From positions 43,422 through 107,421 of the forward strand of contig DATJID010000035.1 of NCBI GenBank assembly GCA_035493515.1: a stretch of 64,000 bases of DNA, in the 5' to 3' direction. Source of the DNA: Candidatus Binataceae bacterium (GTDB lineage: Bacteria; Desulfobacterota; Binatia; Binatales; Binataceae). Within the stretch, counting starts at the first letter, position 1, and every line of letters starts with the position of its first letter. Made by a program: the position numbers and the translations under genes. The notes beneath the pieces were generated by a model. The model was not told the DNA's origin. It saw only the letters and a program-made list of their open reading frames with translations, and made no database searches. Shown in pieces: positions 1 to 9,203 of this stretch.

Positions 1-296
1 TGCTGCACGGCTATGAGTCGGTGCGCACCTTGTCGCTGGCGGAATGGGACGCCTTTCCCAACGAGTTGCGCTACTCTTCGCTGCGCTTCACCGTAACCCG
101 CCTGCACGACTTCTTTCTCCATCCTCTGGACAACAACCGCCGGGTCCATAAGGACTTCCGCGAGTTCTTCGACCGCCTGCGCATCCTGCGCCGCGAGCGC
201 GAGGGCGGGATGGAGGCGTTGTTGATGGCGATGGCGACCGGGTACGATTACCGCAAGTACCAGAAGGTGAAGGCGAACGAGCGGCTGAAAGCCTGA
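1..296 (+). CDS. C-terminal fragment of a protein that starts upstream of the window; function not recognised
   Basis: The open frame runs from nt 1; the track ORF 21..296 is only its internal Met. Codon usage matches neighbouring genes. I cannot place the family. Confidence 0.35.
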   Translation, partial: LHGYESVRTLSLAEWDAFPNELRYSSLRFTVTRLHDFFLHPLDNNRRVHKDFREFFDRLRILRREREGGMEALLMAMATGYDYRKYQKVKANERLKA

Positions 297-402
297 CGGC
301 GCCGAGCGCCGCGCCCGCCTGCGCGATGAATTCGCATCCGCCCTGCGCCGCAGCGCCGCCCCTTGGCTTCGCCTCCGCCGGGAATTTCCAGGGAAACAAC
401 CG

Positions 403-1305
403 ATGTCCGCGCTGCTGAAGCGCCTTGACGCGCACCAACCCGCGCTTTGGCTGGAGGTTGCTCCGCCGCGCGGAATCGCCGTTGACTCGATGCTTGTGCG
501 GCTTGCCGCGCTGCGCGGCCGCATCGACGCGATCAATCTCGCCGACAACGCGCTTGGCCGGGTCAAGCTTGCGCCGCTGGTGTTTGGCTCGATGATCAAG
601 TCGCGGCTCGAGTTGCCGGTAGTGATCAACTTTTCCTGCCGCGACCGCAATCGCTACGCGCTGAAGGCCGACTTGCTCGGCGCCGGTGCGCTCGGCATCG
701 ACGCCGTGGTCGCGCTGGCCGGCGACAAGCTGGCCGCCGATCCCGGGGGCGCGAGGCCGGTCCATGATCTCGACCCGTTCAGCCTTTTGCGTGCGATGAA
801 TGAACTGCGTCGCGGCGATACCGGCGAAGGGCGCCGGCTGCTCAAGACACTTCCGCAGTTCGCGATTGGCGCGGTCGCCAATCCCAATCGCAAAGCTCTC
901 GAGCGCGAACACGAATTGCTGGAGCGCAAAGCGCAGGCCGGCGCCGAGTTCGTGATCACGCAGCCGGTTTTCGACCTCGCGCTGGCGCGCGCCTTCATCG
1001 CGCGGGCGCGCCAGCACAAGCTCCGCGTCGTGCTCGGCATCTTGCCGGTCAAGCGCGAGTCGATGGCCAGCTACCTGAAAGACCGCATTCCCGATCTGGC
1101 CGGCGCCCATCAACACTTCGACCAATACGCCGGCCTCAGCGAAGAGGCGGCGCGACGCCGGTCGATTGACTCGAGCATCGCGCTGATGCGCGCATTGGCG
1201 CACGAGGTCGCAGGCTTTAACATAATGAGTGGCGGCGGACCCTCGCTCGCGATCGAGCTTGCGCTCGAGTTCAGCCGCTCGCTGGAGGATTCCGGTGCGA
1301 GCTAA
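403..1305 (+). CDS. metF: 5,10-methylenetetrahydrofolate reductase family protein
   Basis: Motif order typical of MTHFR (PF02219): LEVAPP, NFSCRD, ALAGD, TQPVFD, GILP, matching E. coli MetF FEFFPP/HLTC/ALRGD/QFFFD/GILP. ATG at 403; TAA at 1303-1305. Confidence 0.75.
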   Translation: MSALLKRLDAHQPALWLEVAPPRGIAVDSMLVRLAALRGRIDAINLADNALGRVKLAPLVFGSMIKSRLELPVVINFSCRDRNRYALKADLLGAGALGIDAVVALAGDKLAADPGGARPVHDLDPFSLLRAMNELRRGDTGEGRRLLKTLPQFAIGAVANPNRKALEREHELLERKAQAGAEFVITQPVFDLALARAFIARARQHKLRVVLGILPVKRESMASYLKDRIPDLAGAHQHFDQYAGLSEEAARRRSIDSSIALMRALAHEVAGFNIMSGGGPSLAIELALEFSRSLEDSGAS

Positions 1306-1309
1306 AAAA

Positions 1310-1942
1310 ATGCGACTGCAAGCGGCGCCGCGCCCGCCGCAACGTGAGACCGAGGACGCGCCGGCCGCAACTCCCGGCGGGGCCGCGGTCGAAGACGCGG
1401 TCCGGCTGCTTTTGCGCCATATCGGCGAGGATCCGGAGCGCGAGGGGCTTAAGCTCACGCCCAACCGGGTGCTCCACGCGCTTGAGTTTCTGACCCGCGG
1501 TTACAAAGAAGATCCCAAGGTCGCGATCAACGGCGCGGTGTTTTCCGAGGAAGAGTACCAGGAGATCATCCTGTGCAAGGACCTCGACTTCTACTCCTTG
1601 TGCGAGCATCACCTGCTGCCCTTCTTCGGCAAGGCGCATCTGGCCTACCTGCCCAACCGGCGCATCATCGGGCTCTCGAAGCTCGCGCGCCTGGTCGAAA
1701 TTTACGCGCGCCGCCTGCAAGTCCAGGAGCGGCTGACCACGCAGATCGCGCACACCCTGATGGAAGAGATCGAGCCGTTGGGGGTCGCCGTCGTGCTCGA
1801 GGCCGAGCATCTGTGTATGCGGATGCGCGGGGTCGAAAAGCAGAACTCCTATGTCACAACTTCGGCGATGCTCGGAGTGTTCCGCACCCATTTCGAAACC
1901 CGCCAGGAGTTCATGAACCTGCTGCGCAATGACAAGCACTAA
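1310..1942 (+). CDS. folE: GTP cyclohydrolase I
   Basis: Strong FolE signature [49 protein letters not shown] at 1310 lies just after the metF stop; the track start at 1229 would overlap metF. Confidence 0.85.
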   Translation: MRLQAAPRPPQRETEDAPAATPGGAAVEDAVRLLLRHIGEDPEREGLKLTPNRVLHALEFLTRGYKEDPKVAINGAVFSEEEYQEIILCKDLDFYSLCEHHLLPFFGKAHLAYLPNRRIIGLSKLARLVEIYARRLQVQERLTTQIAHTLMEEIEPLGVAVVLEAEHLCMRMRGVEKQNSYVTTSAMLGVFRTHFETRQEFMNLLRNDKH

Positions 1943-2000
1943 GACGCTCGCGCCGGCGCGACGAACCAATAGCGCGACGAGCCAATAGCGAGCCAATAGA

Positions 2001-2690
2001 ATGACTCGACCGGTTTCACCCGAGGCGCTCGATCAACTGGGCGCGTACGCGCTCCGTTACGTCAAGCCTGGTCAGACTTTGGGTTTGGGTACTGGCCACG
2101 CCGCCTCGGCTTTCATCCGCGCGCTCGGCGTTCGCGGCCTCAAGGTGCGCGGCGTGCCGACCTCCGCCGCCAGTGCCGAACTTGCGCGTTCACTCGGAAT
2201 CGAGGTCGTTACGCTCGATCGCAAGACCCGCCTCGATGTCGATATCGACGGGGCCGACGAGGTCGATCCGCGGCTTAACATGGTCAAGGGCTATGGCGGT
2301 GCGATGGTGCGCGAGAAAGTCGTCGCCTGCGCTTCGCACAAGGTGGTGATTCTGATCGGCGCGGAAAAACGCGTCACCCGCCTCGGACAGCGTCGCCGAT
2401 TACCGGTCGAAGTCGTGCCCTTTGCGGCGCCCTACGCGATGCGCCGGATACGCGAGTTGGGGCTTAGGCCGGCCGTGCGAATCGACGCCAACGGGAGCGA
2501 GTTCTTGAGCGATAACGGCAACCTCGTGATGGACTGCGGCACCAGCGCGTTCGAGGCGCCCGCGCGCCTGGAGCGCGAGTTGCTCGCGATTCCTGGCGTG
2601 GTCGGCACCGGACTTTTCATCGGTATCGCCAACGTCGTGCTGATTGCCAATGGCGATGGTTCGATCACCACGCTCGAGCGCCGCCGTTAG
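2001..2690 (+). CDS. rpiA: ribose-5-phosphate isomerase A
   Basis: GLGTGHAAS, DGADEVD and KGYGGAMVREK motifs with RpiA length (229 aa). Confidence 0.85.
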   Translation: MTRPVSPEALDQLGAYALRYVKPGQTLGLGTGHAASAFIRALGVRGLKVRGVPTSAASAELARSLGIEVVTLDRKTRLDVDIDGADEVDPRLNMVKGYGGAMVREKVVACASHKVVILIGAEKRVTRLGQRRRLPVEVVPFAAPYAMRRIRELGLRPAVRIDANGSEFLSDNGNLVMDCGTSAFEAPARLERELLAIPGVVGTGLFIGIANVVLIANGDGSITTLERRR

Positions 2691-2705
2691 CGGACGGTCG
2701 AGTCG

Positions 2706-4085
2706 ATGGGCGACGCTTCAACATCGGCCGGCAATTCGCTCGCCCGGCGCGACTTGACGCGCATCTTCGCCGCGGCGGTTTCGGCGGTCGCGCCGGCGCA
2801 TCTGATTGCGCGCGCGTTGGCCGGTGAGCTTGGGGGCGCGGAAAAGGTGCCGGCGCTGCTGGCGGACGCATCGCGAATTTTCCTGCTCGCAGCCGGCAAG
2901 GCGTCGCTCGGGATGGCGACTGCGCTTGCGGCGCGGCTTGGTCCCAAAGTACGCGACGCGCTCGCGATAGTTCCGTCACCGCCGGCCGCAGGCGGTTCCG
3001 GAACGCAAATTGCGCCCTCCGATATTCCGAATGAGACGATCCGGGTCATCGCGGCGGCCCATCCGCTGCCCGACGCATCTTCGGAGCGCGCCGGCGCAGC
3101 CGCGCTCGAATTTGCCCGCCGCGCCGGCCTAGGCGATTTGTTGCTCGTTGCGCTGAGCGGCGGCGCCTCCGCGTTGATGGCCGCGCCGGCTTACCCCGTG
3201 ACGCTGGCGGACAAGGTTGCGATCAACGCCGCGCTGCTGACCTCGGGTGCGTCGATTCGCGAACTCAACGTCGTACGCCGTCATATCTCGGCGATCAAGG
3301 GTGGTGGATTGTTGCGAGCCTGCGGCGGTGCTCGGGTGCTGAGCCTTATCCTCTCCGACGTGGCCCGCAACGATCTTGCGACGATTGCCTCGGGACCGAC
3401 CGCCGCCGATCCGACGAGTTTCACCGACGCGGTCGGCGTGCTTAAGCGCCGCCGCCTATGGGGCCGCGCGCCGGAAGCGATCCGCGGACGGCTCGAGCGC
3501 GGTGCGGCCGGAGAAATTGCCGAGACGCTCAAGCCCGGTGATCCGTTGCTCGCGCGGGTCGACAACCTCGTTATCGGCGATAAAGAAATTGCCGTCGAAG
3601 CTGCCGCCGCCGCCGCCGCCGCAGCCGGTTACACGGTCGATCGATGGCGCGAGCTCTACGGCGACGCCGAGGACCTAGGCCGTGCGCTCAGCGCGCATCT
3701 CTCGGCGATCGCCGGCGGCGCGGGCGCGCGGGTATGCGTGGTCGCGGGTGGCGAGCCGGTGGTGACGATACGCGGGCGGGGGCGGGGAGGGCGCGCGCAG
3801 CAGGCCGCCCTCGCGATGGCGCTCGAGTTGACGCGGCTCGGCCGCGAGCATCGCATCCTGGCGTTGTTCGCCGGCACTGATGGAATCGACGGGCCCACCG
3901 ACGCGGCCGGCGCGTTCGTCTCGCCGCGCACTGCGGAGCGCGCGCGCGAGGCGGGCTTCGACGCCGCTTCGGCGCTCGCGCGCAACGACGCCTATCCGCT
4001 TTTCGCCGCCCTCGGCGATCTTCTGATAACCGGGCCGACGGGGACCAATGTGTCGGATATATTCATAGGGTTGCTCAACTATTGA
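2706..4085 (+). CDS. glycerate 2-kinase, MOFRL family (GckA/TtuD-like)
   Basis: 459 aa with DUF4147/MOFRL-like layout (LLAAGKASLGMA; C-terminal GTDGIDGPTDAAGAFV). Confidence 0.7.
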   Translation: MGDASTSAGNSLARRDLTRIFAAAVSAVAPAHLIARALAGELGGAEKVPALLADASRIFLLAAGKASLGMATALAARLGPKVRDALAIVPSPPAAGGSGTQIAPSDIPNETIRVIAAAHPLPDASSERAGAAALEFARRAGLGDLLLVALSGGASALMAAPAYPVTLADKVAINAALLTSGASIRELNVVRRHISAIKGGGLLRACGGARVLSLILSDVARNDLATIASGPTAADPTSFTDAVGVLKRRRLWGRAPEAIRGRLERGAAGEIAETLKPGDPLLARVDNLVIGDKEIAVEAAAAAAAAAGYTVDRWRELYGDAEDLGRALSAHLSAIAGGAGARVCVVAGGEPVVTIRGRGRGGRAQQAALAMALELTRLGREHRILALFAGTDGIDGPTDAAGAFVSPRTAERAREAGFDAASALARNDAYPLFAALGDLLITGPTGTNVSDIFIGLLNY

Positions 4086-4124
4086 TCCGTGGCCGCTGAG
4101 GGTTCGAAGTCGCGTTGATCTCGA

Positions 4125-5276
4125 ATGGAAGAAGAGAGTGGAAGAGGCAGGATGGCGAGCAAGAGTGTCAAGGCTGGATCGATAGTGAGGAAGGTCCGCA
4201 AGGCGGGCGTCAACGGGACGCATCGCGCCAAGGTAAATAGCGACGGACGGCGTGGCGCGCGCGGCAAGGGCGAGGGGACGGCGCGGGTGACGCTCATCCC
4301 CGGCGACGGAGTGGGCCCCGAGGTCATCGGTGCGGCGGTCAAGGCGATTGAGGCGGTCGGGGTGAAGATCGATTGGGATCGGCAATTGGGCGGCGCGATC
4401 GCGCTCAAAAGATTCGGCTCGCCGGTACCCGATCAACTTATCGATTCGCTCAAATCGACCAAAGTCGCGCTCAAAGGACCGCTCGAGACGCGCGTCGGCG
4501 AGGGCTACCGCTCGATCAACGTCTACCTGCGCAAGCTGTTCGATCTCTACGCCAACGTGCGTCCGGTACGCTCGCAATCGGGAGTGCATACGCCATTTAG
4601 CGGCGTCGACATTACCGTGATTCGCGAGAACACCGAGGATCTCTACGCCGGCATCGAGCATCAGGTCGCGCCCGGCGTGGTCGAGAGCGTCAAGATCATA
4701 ACGGCGCGTGCCTCGACCCGGATCGCGCGCTTCGCTTTCGAATACGCGCGCACCCACCATCGCCGGATGGTGACCGCGATTCACAAGGCCAACATCATGA
4801 AGCTCTCCGACGGGCTTTTTCTTAAATGCGCGCAGCGCGTGGCCCGCGACTATCCAGACATCGAGTATCGGGAGCAGATCGTGGACGCCGCCTGCATGCG
4901 CCTGGTGACCGATCCGCAGGCGTTCGATGTACTGCTACTGGAAAATCTCTATGGCGATATCGTGTCCGATCTCTGCGCCGGACTGGTCGGTGGGTTGGGC
5001 TTCGTGCCCGGCGCGAACTATGGCAGGCATGGCGCGATTTTCGAAACCGTCCACGGCACCGCGCCCGACATCGCGGGCAAGGGTATCGCCAATCCGGTCG
5101 CCGCGATAAAGACCGGCGCATTGCTGCTCGACTATCTCGGTTATGGCAGCGCCGGCGATCGGATTCGCGCCGCAGTGAACGCGGTCCTGCGCGCGGGACG
5201 GGTGGTGACGCCGGATATCGGCGGCAAGGCGGGGACCACGGAGATGACCGCGGCGGTGATTCGTGCGCTCAAATAA
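4125..5276 (+). CDS. isocitrate/isopropylmalate dehydrogenase family protein, likely NAD-dependent isocitrate dehydrogenase, with basic N-terminal extension
   Basis: VTLIPGDGVGPEV, NLYGDIVSDLCAGLVGGLGFVPGANYG, IFETVHGTAPDIAGKGIANP. About 50 Lys/Arg-rich residues precede the conserved core; an alternative ATG is at 4152. Confidence 0.8.
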   Translation: MEEESGRGRMASKSVKAGSIVRKVRKAGVNGTHRAKVNSDGRRGARGKGEGTARVTLIPGDGVGPEVIGAAVKAIEAVGVKIDWDRQLGGAIALKRFGSPVPDQLIDSLKSTKVALKGPLETRVGEGYRSINVYLRKLFDLYANVRPVRSQSGVHTPFSGVDITVIRENTEDLYAGIEHQVAPGVVESVKIITARASTRIARFAFEYARTHHRRMVTAIHKANIMKLSDGLFLKCAQRVARDYPDIEYREQIVDAACMRLVTDPQAFDVLLLENLYGDIVSDLCAGLVGGLGFVPGANYGRHGAIFETVHGTAPDIAGKGIANPVAAIKTGALLLDYLGYGSAGDRIRAAVNAVLRAGRVVTPDIGGKAGTTEMTAAVIRALK

Positions 5277-5334
5277 CAGCCCGCCTTTGCGCGCGCCTTT
5301 TCCGCACGATCGTACTTAGCTATGTATTTCCGTT

Positions 5335-5940
5335 ATGCGTAAACCGCCGGTGCCCGACGAACTCGCTGCGCGTATTCCTCCCGGCCAGCATCTGGTCGAA
5401 GACTTCCCCGTGCTGAGTTACGGGCCGACGCCGCGCTTCAATCCGCGAAAGTGGGACTTCCGGGTTCTCGGCCTGGTCGAAGAGCCGTTGCGATTCTCTT
5501 ACCAGGAATTCCGCGCGTTGCCGCTGGGCCGCCAACGTGCCGATTTTCATTGCGTCACCACCTGGTCGAAACTGGACAATCTGTGGGAGGGCGTCCGGGT
5601 CGTCGACCTGATGACGCGGGTGCGGCTCAAACCCGAGGCGCGTTACGTCGTGGTGCACTGCGCTGGCGATTACACGACCAATCTGCCGTTGGAGGAATTT
5701 GTCGACGAGGACGTGATGCTGGCGTGGCGGCATGACGGACGCGACCTCGAGCCGGACCATGGCTGGCCGCTGCGGCTGGTGGTGCCGAAGCTCTACGGAT
5801 GGAAGAGCGCCAAGTGGGTGCGGGCGATCGAATTCTCGTCCGAGGACCGGCGCGGCTTTTGGGAAGTGCGCGGCTATCACAATCACGCCGATCCATGGAC
5901 CCAGGAGCGCTATTCGTTTCAGGAAGATCCCGAAGATTGA
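5335..5940 (+). CDS. molybdopterin-dependent oxidoreductase, sulfite-oxidase/YedY-like catalytic domain
   Basis: 201 aa; HCVTTWS, WEGV, GWPLRLVVPKLYGWKSAKWVRAIEF are characteristic of the Oxidored_molyb domain. Confidence 0.7.
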   Translation: MRKPPVPDELAARIPPGQHLVEDFPVLSYGPTPRFNPRKWDFRVLGLVEEPLRFSYQEFRALPLGRQRADFHCVTTWSKLDNLWEGVRVVDLMTRVRLKPEARYVVVHCAGDYTTNLPLEEFVDEDVMLAWRHDGRDLEPDHGWPLRLVVPKLYGWKSAKWVRAIEFSSEDRRGFWEVRGYHNHADPWTQERYSFQEDPED

Positions 5941-5976
5941 GGATCGGGAAAAAAGATTAGCCGACCGCGGACACCG

Positions 5977-7587
5977 TTGCTGATTCGCGAAGAACAAATC
6001 GCGCGTCTTTCACGGGAAAGCTTCGACCTCGCAATCATCGGCGGAGGAATCAATGGCGCCGCGATTGCGCGCGACGCCGCGATGCGCGGCCTGAGCGTCG
6101 CGCTGGTCGAGCGCGGCGACTTTGCCGGCGCGACCTCCTCGCGTTCCTCAAAACTGATTCATGGCGGACTGCGCTACCTTCCGCAGGGCGAACTTCGCCT
6201 GGTGCGTACGGCGCTCGCCGAGCGCGAGCGCTTGCGCCGGGTGACCGCGCCGCATCTGGTAAAGCCGCTGCGGTTTCTCTTCCCGCTCTACTATGGGCGC
6301 GGCCCCGGACGAATCGCGCTGGGCGCGGGACTGTGGCTCTACGACCTGTTCGCGCGCACGCCGCGCGCCGAGCGCCATCGCCGCGTCAACCGCGATGGGG
6401 CGCTCGCGGCCGAGCCGATGCTCAATCCCGTGGCGCTGGCCGGTGGTGCTTTCTACCACGACGCGGGCGGCGATGACGCGCGGCTTACGATCGAAAACAT
6501 GCTCGACGCGGCTGGCCATGGCGGCGCAGTCGCCAACTACGTGGAAGTCGACCGCTTCGTGCATGCCGAGCGGCGAATCAGCACGGCAGGGATCCGGGAT
6601 CGCCTCGGCGATGCGCGCTTCGAATTGCGCGCGCGCTCGTTCGTCAACGCAGCCGGACCATGGATCGACGACGTCCGCAGGCTTGACGATCCCGCCGCCG
6701 CGCCCTCGGTCCGCCTGACCAAGGGGGTGCATCTGGTGGTCGACCGAAAGCGCTTGCCCGTGCGCGAGGCCTTGGTTTTGGGCGACGCACATGGCCGAAT
6801 CGTGTTCGTCATACCCCATGGCGAGGAGGTGCTTATTGGCACCACCGACACCGATTTCGACGGCGACCGCGAGCGCGTCGCGGCCGAACCCGAAGACCTC
6901 GAGTATCTCCTGGGTGTGGTTTCAGCGAGTCTTCAGAAAGCGGCGCTGACGGCGGCCGACGTCGTGGCGAGCTTTGCCGGCCTGCGTGCCCTGGCGGCGG
7001 CAGGCAACGGCCGCGCGCCGTCGTCGGTCTCGCGCGACGAAGTTATCGTCGAAAGCGGCTCGGGGCTGATTTCGATCGCGGGCGGTAAGCTGACGACCCA
7101 TCGCGAGATCGCCGAACGAATCGTGGATCGCGTCGTCTCGGCCCTGGGACGCGAAAGCGGATGTTCGCCCACCCGCGAAACGCCGCTGCCCGGCGCGCGT
7201 GCGGTGGAAATAGACGATCCTGGCGACGCCGTCCAAGCGCTCGCCGCGCTGCCTGCGGATTTGCACGCGGCGATGACTGCGCGCTACGGGACTCGCGCGA
7301 TTGTGCCGGCGAGCCTCATCCGCGAATCGCCCGAGCTTGCGCGGCCGCTCGCCGCTGGATGCCCGGTCGCGGCGGTCGAGGTAATCTATGCGATGCGCTA
7401 CGAGATGGCGATGACGGTCGCCGATTTCATCCGGCGCCGAATCGCGCTTTCATGGCGCCATCCGCGTTACGCCAGCGTGGCGACGGTGGCGGCCGCACGC
7501 CTGATGGCGGCGGAACTTGGATGGGGACACGCGCGCGAGCAGGCGGAAATCGAAGCGTGCAACCGGATTATGCGTGCGACGGGTTAG
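5977..7587 (+). CDS. glpD: FAD-dependent glycerol-3-phosphate dehydrogenase
   Basis: N-terminal DLAIIGGGINGAAIARDAAMRGLSVALVE...SSRSSKLIHGGLRYL is a GlpD/GlpA signature; 536 aa. TTG start in the track. Confidence 0.8.
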   Translation: MLIREEQIARLSRESFDLAIIGGGINGAAIARDAAMRGLSVALVERGDFAGATSSRSSKLIHGGLRYLPQGELRLVRTALAERERLRRVTAPHLVKPLRFLFPLYYGRGPGRIALGAGLWLYDLFARTPRAERHRRVNRDGALAAEPMLNPVALAGGAFYHDAGGDDARLTIENMLDAAGHGGAVANYVEVDRFVHAERRISTAGIRDRLGDARFELRARSFVNAAGPWIDDVRRLDDPAAAPSVRLTKGVHLVVDRKRLPVREALVLGDAHGRIVFVIPHGEEVLIGTTDTDFDGDRERVAAEPEDLEYLLGVVSASLQKAALTAADVVASFAGLRALAAAGNGRAPSSVSRDEVIVESGSGLISIAGGKLTTHREIAERIVDRVVSALGRESGCSPTRETPLPGARAVEIDDPGDAVQALAALPADLHAAMTARYGTRAIVPASLIRESPELARPLAAGCPVAAVEVIYAMRYEMAMTVADFIRRRIALSWRHPRYASVATVAAARLMAAELGWGHAREQAEIEACNRIMRATG

Positions 7588-7672
7588 GCCCGCGATGGCG
7601 AAAGCCGATGCGGTACGATCCTAATCGCGGAGATCGAATCGTAAGCCCGAATCGTAAATCCATCGTAAATCA

Positions 7673-8362
7673 ATGACGCGCGAACCGCGTAAAAAAATGT
7701 TCGAGCGGGCGAGCCGGGTTGGCGCGGCGCTCGCGCGGCTCTACCCGGAGGCCCGTGTCAGCCTTGATTTCACGAGCCCGTGGCAATGCCTCGTTGCGAC
7801 GATCCTGTCCGCGCAATGCACCGACAAGCGCGTGAACCAGGTGACGCCGCGCCTTTTCGCCGAAGTCCCCGACGCGCGCGCGATGGACGCCGCGCCTGCC
7901 GAACTAATCGAACGCCTGATCCTCGACACCGGGTTCTTTCGCCAGAAGACGCGATCGCTAAAGGGTGCGGCCCGCGCAATCCTGGAGCGCTTCGACGGCG
8001 AGGTGCCTGCGCGGATGGAAGATCTGGTCGCGCTGCCCGGCGTCGGCCGCAAGACCGCCAACGTCCTGCTCGGCCATGTCTTCGGCCAGCCGGGGCTGGT
8101 GGTCGATACCCATGTGCGGCGCGTTGCGTATCGTCTGGGGCTGACGCGGGAAAGTGATCCCGAAAAGATCGAACATGATTTGCAGGCGCTGCTCGCGCCG
8201 GCTGATTGGACACCGTTCTCGATGCGGCTGATACTGCATGGGCGAACCGTATGCAATGCGCGCAAGCCCCGCTGCGAAGTCTGCGTGCTGGCGGGCGATT
8301 GCCCCCGAATTGGCGTAGCCGCAACCCGGCGGGTCGGGAAACCGGAGGGTCGGCGCAGGTGA
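7673..8362 (+). CDS. nth: endonuclease III
   Basis: LVATILSAQCTDKRVN, LPGVGRKTANVLL, and the C-terminal CNARKPRCEVCVLAGDCP [4Fe-4S] cluster loop. Confidence 0.85.
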   Translation: MTREPRKKMFERASRVGAALARLYPEARVSLDFTSPWQCLVATILSAQCTDKRVNQVTPRLFAEVPDARAMDAAPAELIERLILDTGFFRQKTRSLKGAARAILERFDGEVPARMEDLVALPGVGRKTANVLLGHVFGQPGLVVDTHVRRVAYRLGLTRESDPEKIEHDLQALLAPADWTPFSMRLILHGRTVCNARKPRCEVCVLAGDCPRIGVAATRRVGKPEGRRR

Positions 8363-8426
8363 TAACTGTGTTTGACCTCGCGCGGCGACGTGCAATAATC
8401 GCTTCACACCAAAAGCGTGATGTGCC

Positions 8427-8999
8427 GTGAGACTGCGTATCGACGAAATAACCGCCGAGGCCAGAGAGGTCTCGTTTCTCCAGTCCGAGGAGGAAGTTAA
8501 CCGCCGCCTCACCCAGGGGCCGGTGCATGAGTTCCGGGTGGGCGGGGCGATCGCGGTCGACTTGTCATACTACCGGGCCGGGATGGAACTGTTTTTCGAA
8601 GGCCGGCTGAATGCCCCGATGGTCGCGTCGTGCGCGCGCTGCGCGGAGGAGTTCAGCACGCCCAATGCGCGTCCGTTTCGCTTCGTGCTGGCGCCGCGCG
8701 CGGCGGGCGACGACGATGACGGTCAGGTGCGCACCGAGGACCTGGAATTCTCGCTCTACGACGGCGATCAGATCGATCTTGCTCCGCTGGTCGCCGAACA
8801 ACTTATTCTGGCGCTCCCGAGCCGCGCGCTCTGCCGCGAGGACTGCCTGGGTCTGTGTCCGAGTTGCGGGACCAATCTCAACCTTCATCGGTGCGGTTGC
8901 GAAGCGCAGGCGCACGACCCGCGCCTGGCGGTTTTGCGAACGTTGAAACTCGAACCGCTTCTGAAGCCGCGCAAATCTTTATCCAAGGGAAAAGAGTAA
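8427..8999 (+). CDS. yceD: YceD/DUF177 family protein (23S rRNA accumulation protein)
   Basis: Lies immediately upstream of rpmF-plsX, the conserved position. CxxC...CxxC pairs near the C-terminus. Confidence 0.7.
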   Translation: MRLRIDEITAEAREVSFLQSEEEVNRRLTQGPVHEFRVGGAIAVDLSYYRAGMELFFEGRLNAPMVASCARCAEEFSTPNARPFRFVLAPRAAGDDDDGQVRTEDLEFSLYDGDQIDLAPLVAEQLILALPSRALCREDCLGLCPSCGTNLNLHRCGCEAQAHDPRLAVLRTLKLEPLLKPRKSLSKGKE

Positions 9000-9005
9000 C
9001 CAGCC

Positions 9006-9185
9006 ATGCAAGCACCCAAACGCCGTACCTCCCGCTCCAAGCGCAACAAACGCCGCGCCCATGACGCGCTGCGCGCGGTCAATCCCATCGCCTGCTCGCA
9101 GTGCGGCGAGCCCACGATGCCTCATCGCGTGTGCCATCACTGCGGCTCCTACCGCGGACGGCAGCTCGCAGAGACTGCGGAATAG
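9006..9185 (+). CDS. rpmF: 50S ribosomal protein L32
   Basis: Hand-translated 59 codons: MQAPKRRTSRSKRNKRRAHDALRAVNPIACSQCGEPTMPHRVCHHCGSYRGRQLAETAE. Absent from the ORF track because it is under 60 aa. Position yceD-rpmF-plsX is canonical. Confidence 0.85.
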   Translation: MQAPKRRTSRSKRNKRRAHDALRAVNPIACSQCGEPTMPHRVCHHCGSYRGRQLAETAE

Positions 9186-9203
9186 GCGGCGTGGGAGTGC
9201 CGC

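Noticed and set aside
88-1464. 458-aa minus-strand ORF spanning metF/folE
   Set aside because: Antisense to two well-supported genes. Ala/Arg/Gly/Pro-dominated composition, typical of spurious ORFs in high-GC DNA; no motifs.
3675-4784. 369-aa minus-strand ORF
   Set aside because: Antisense to the glycerate kinase and IDH genes; Arg-rich, no recognisable domain.
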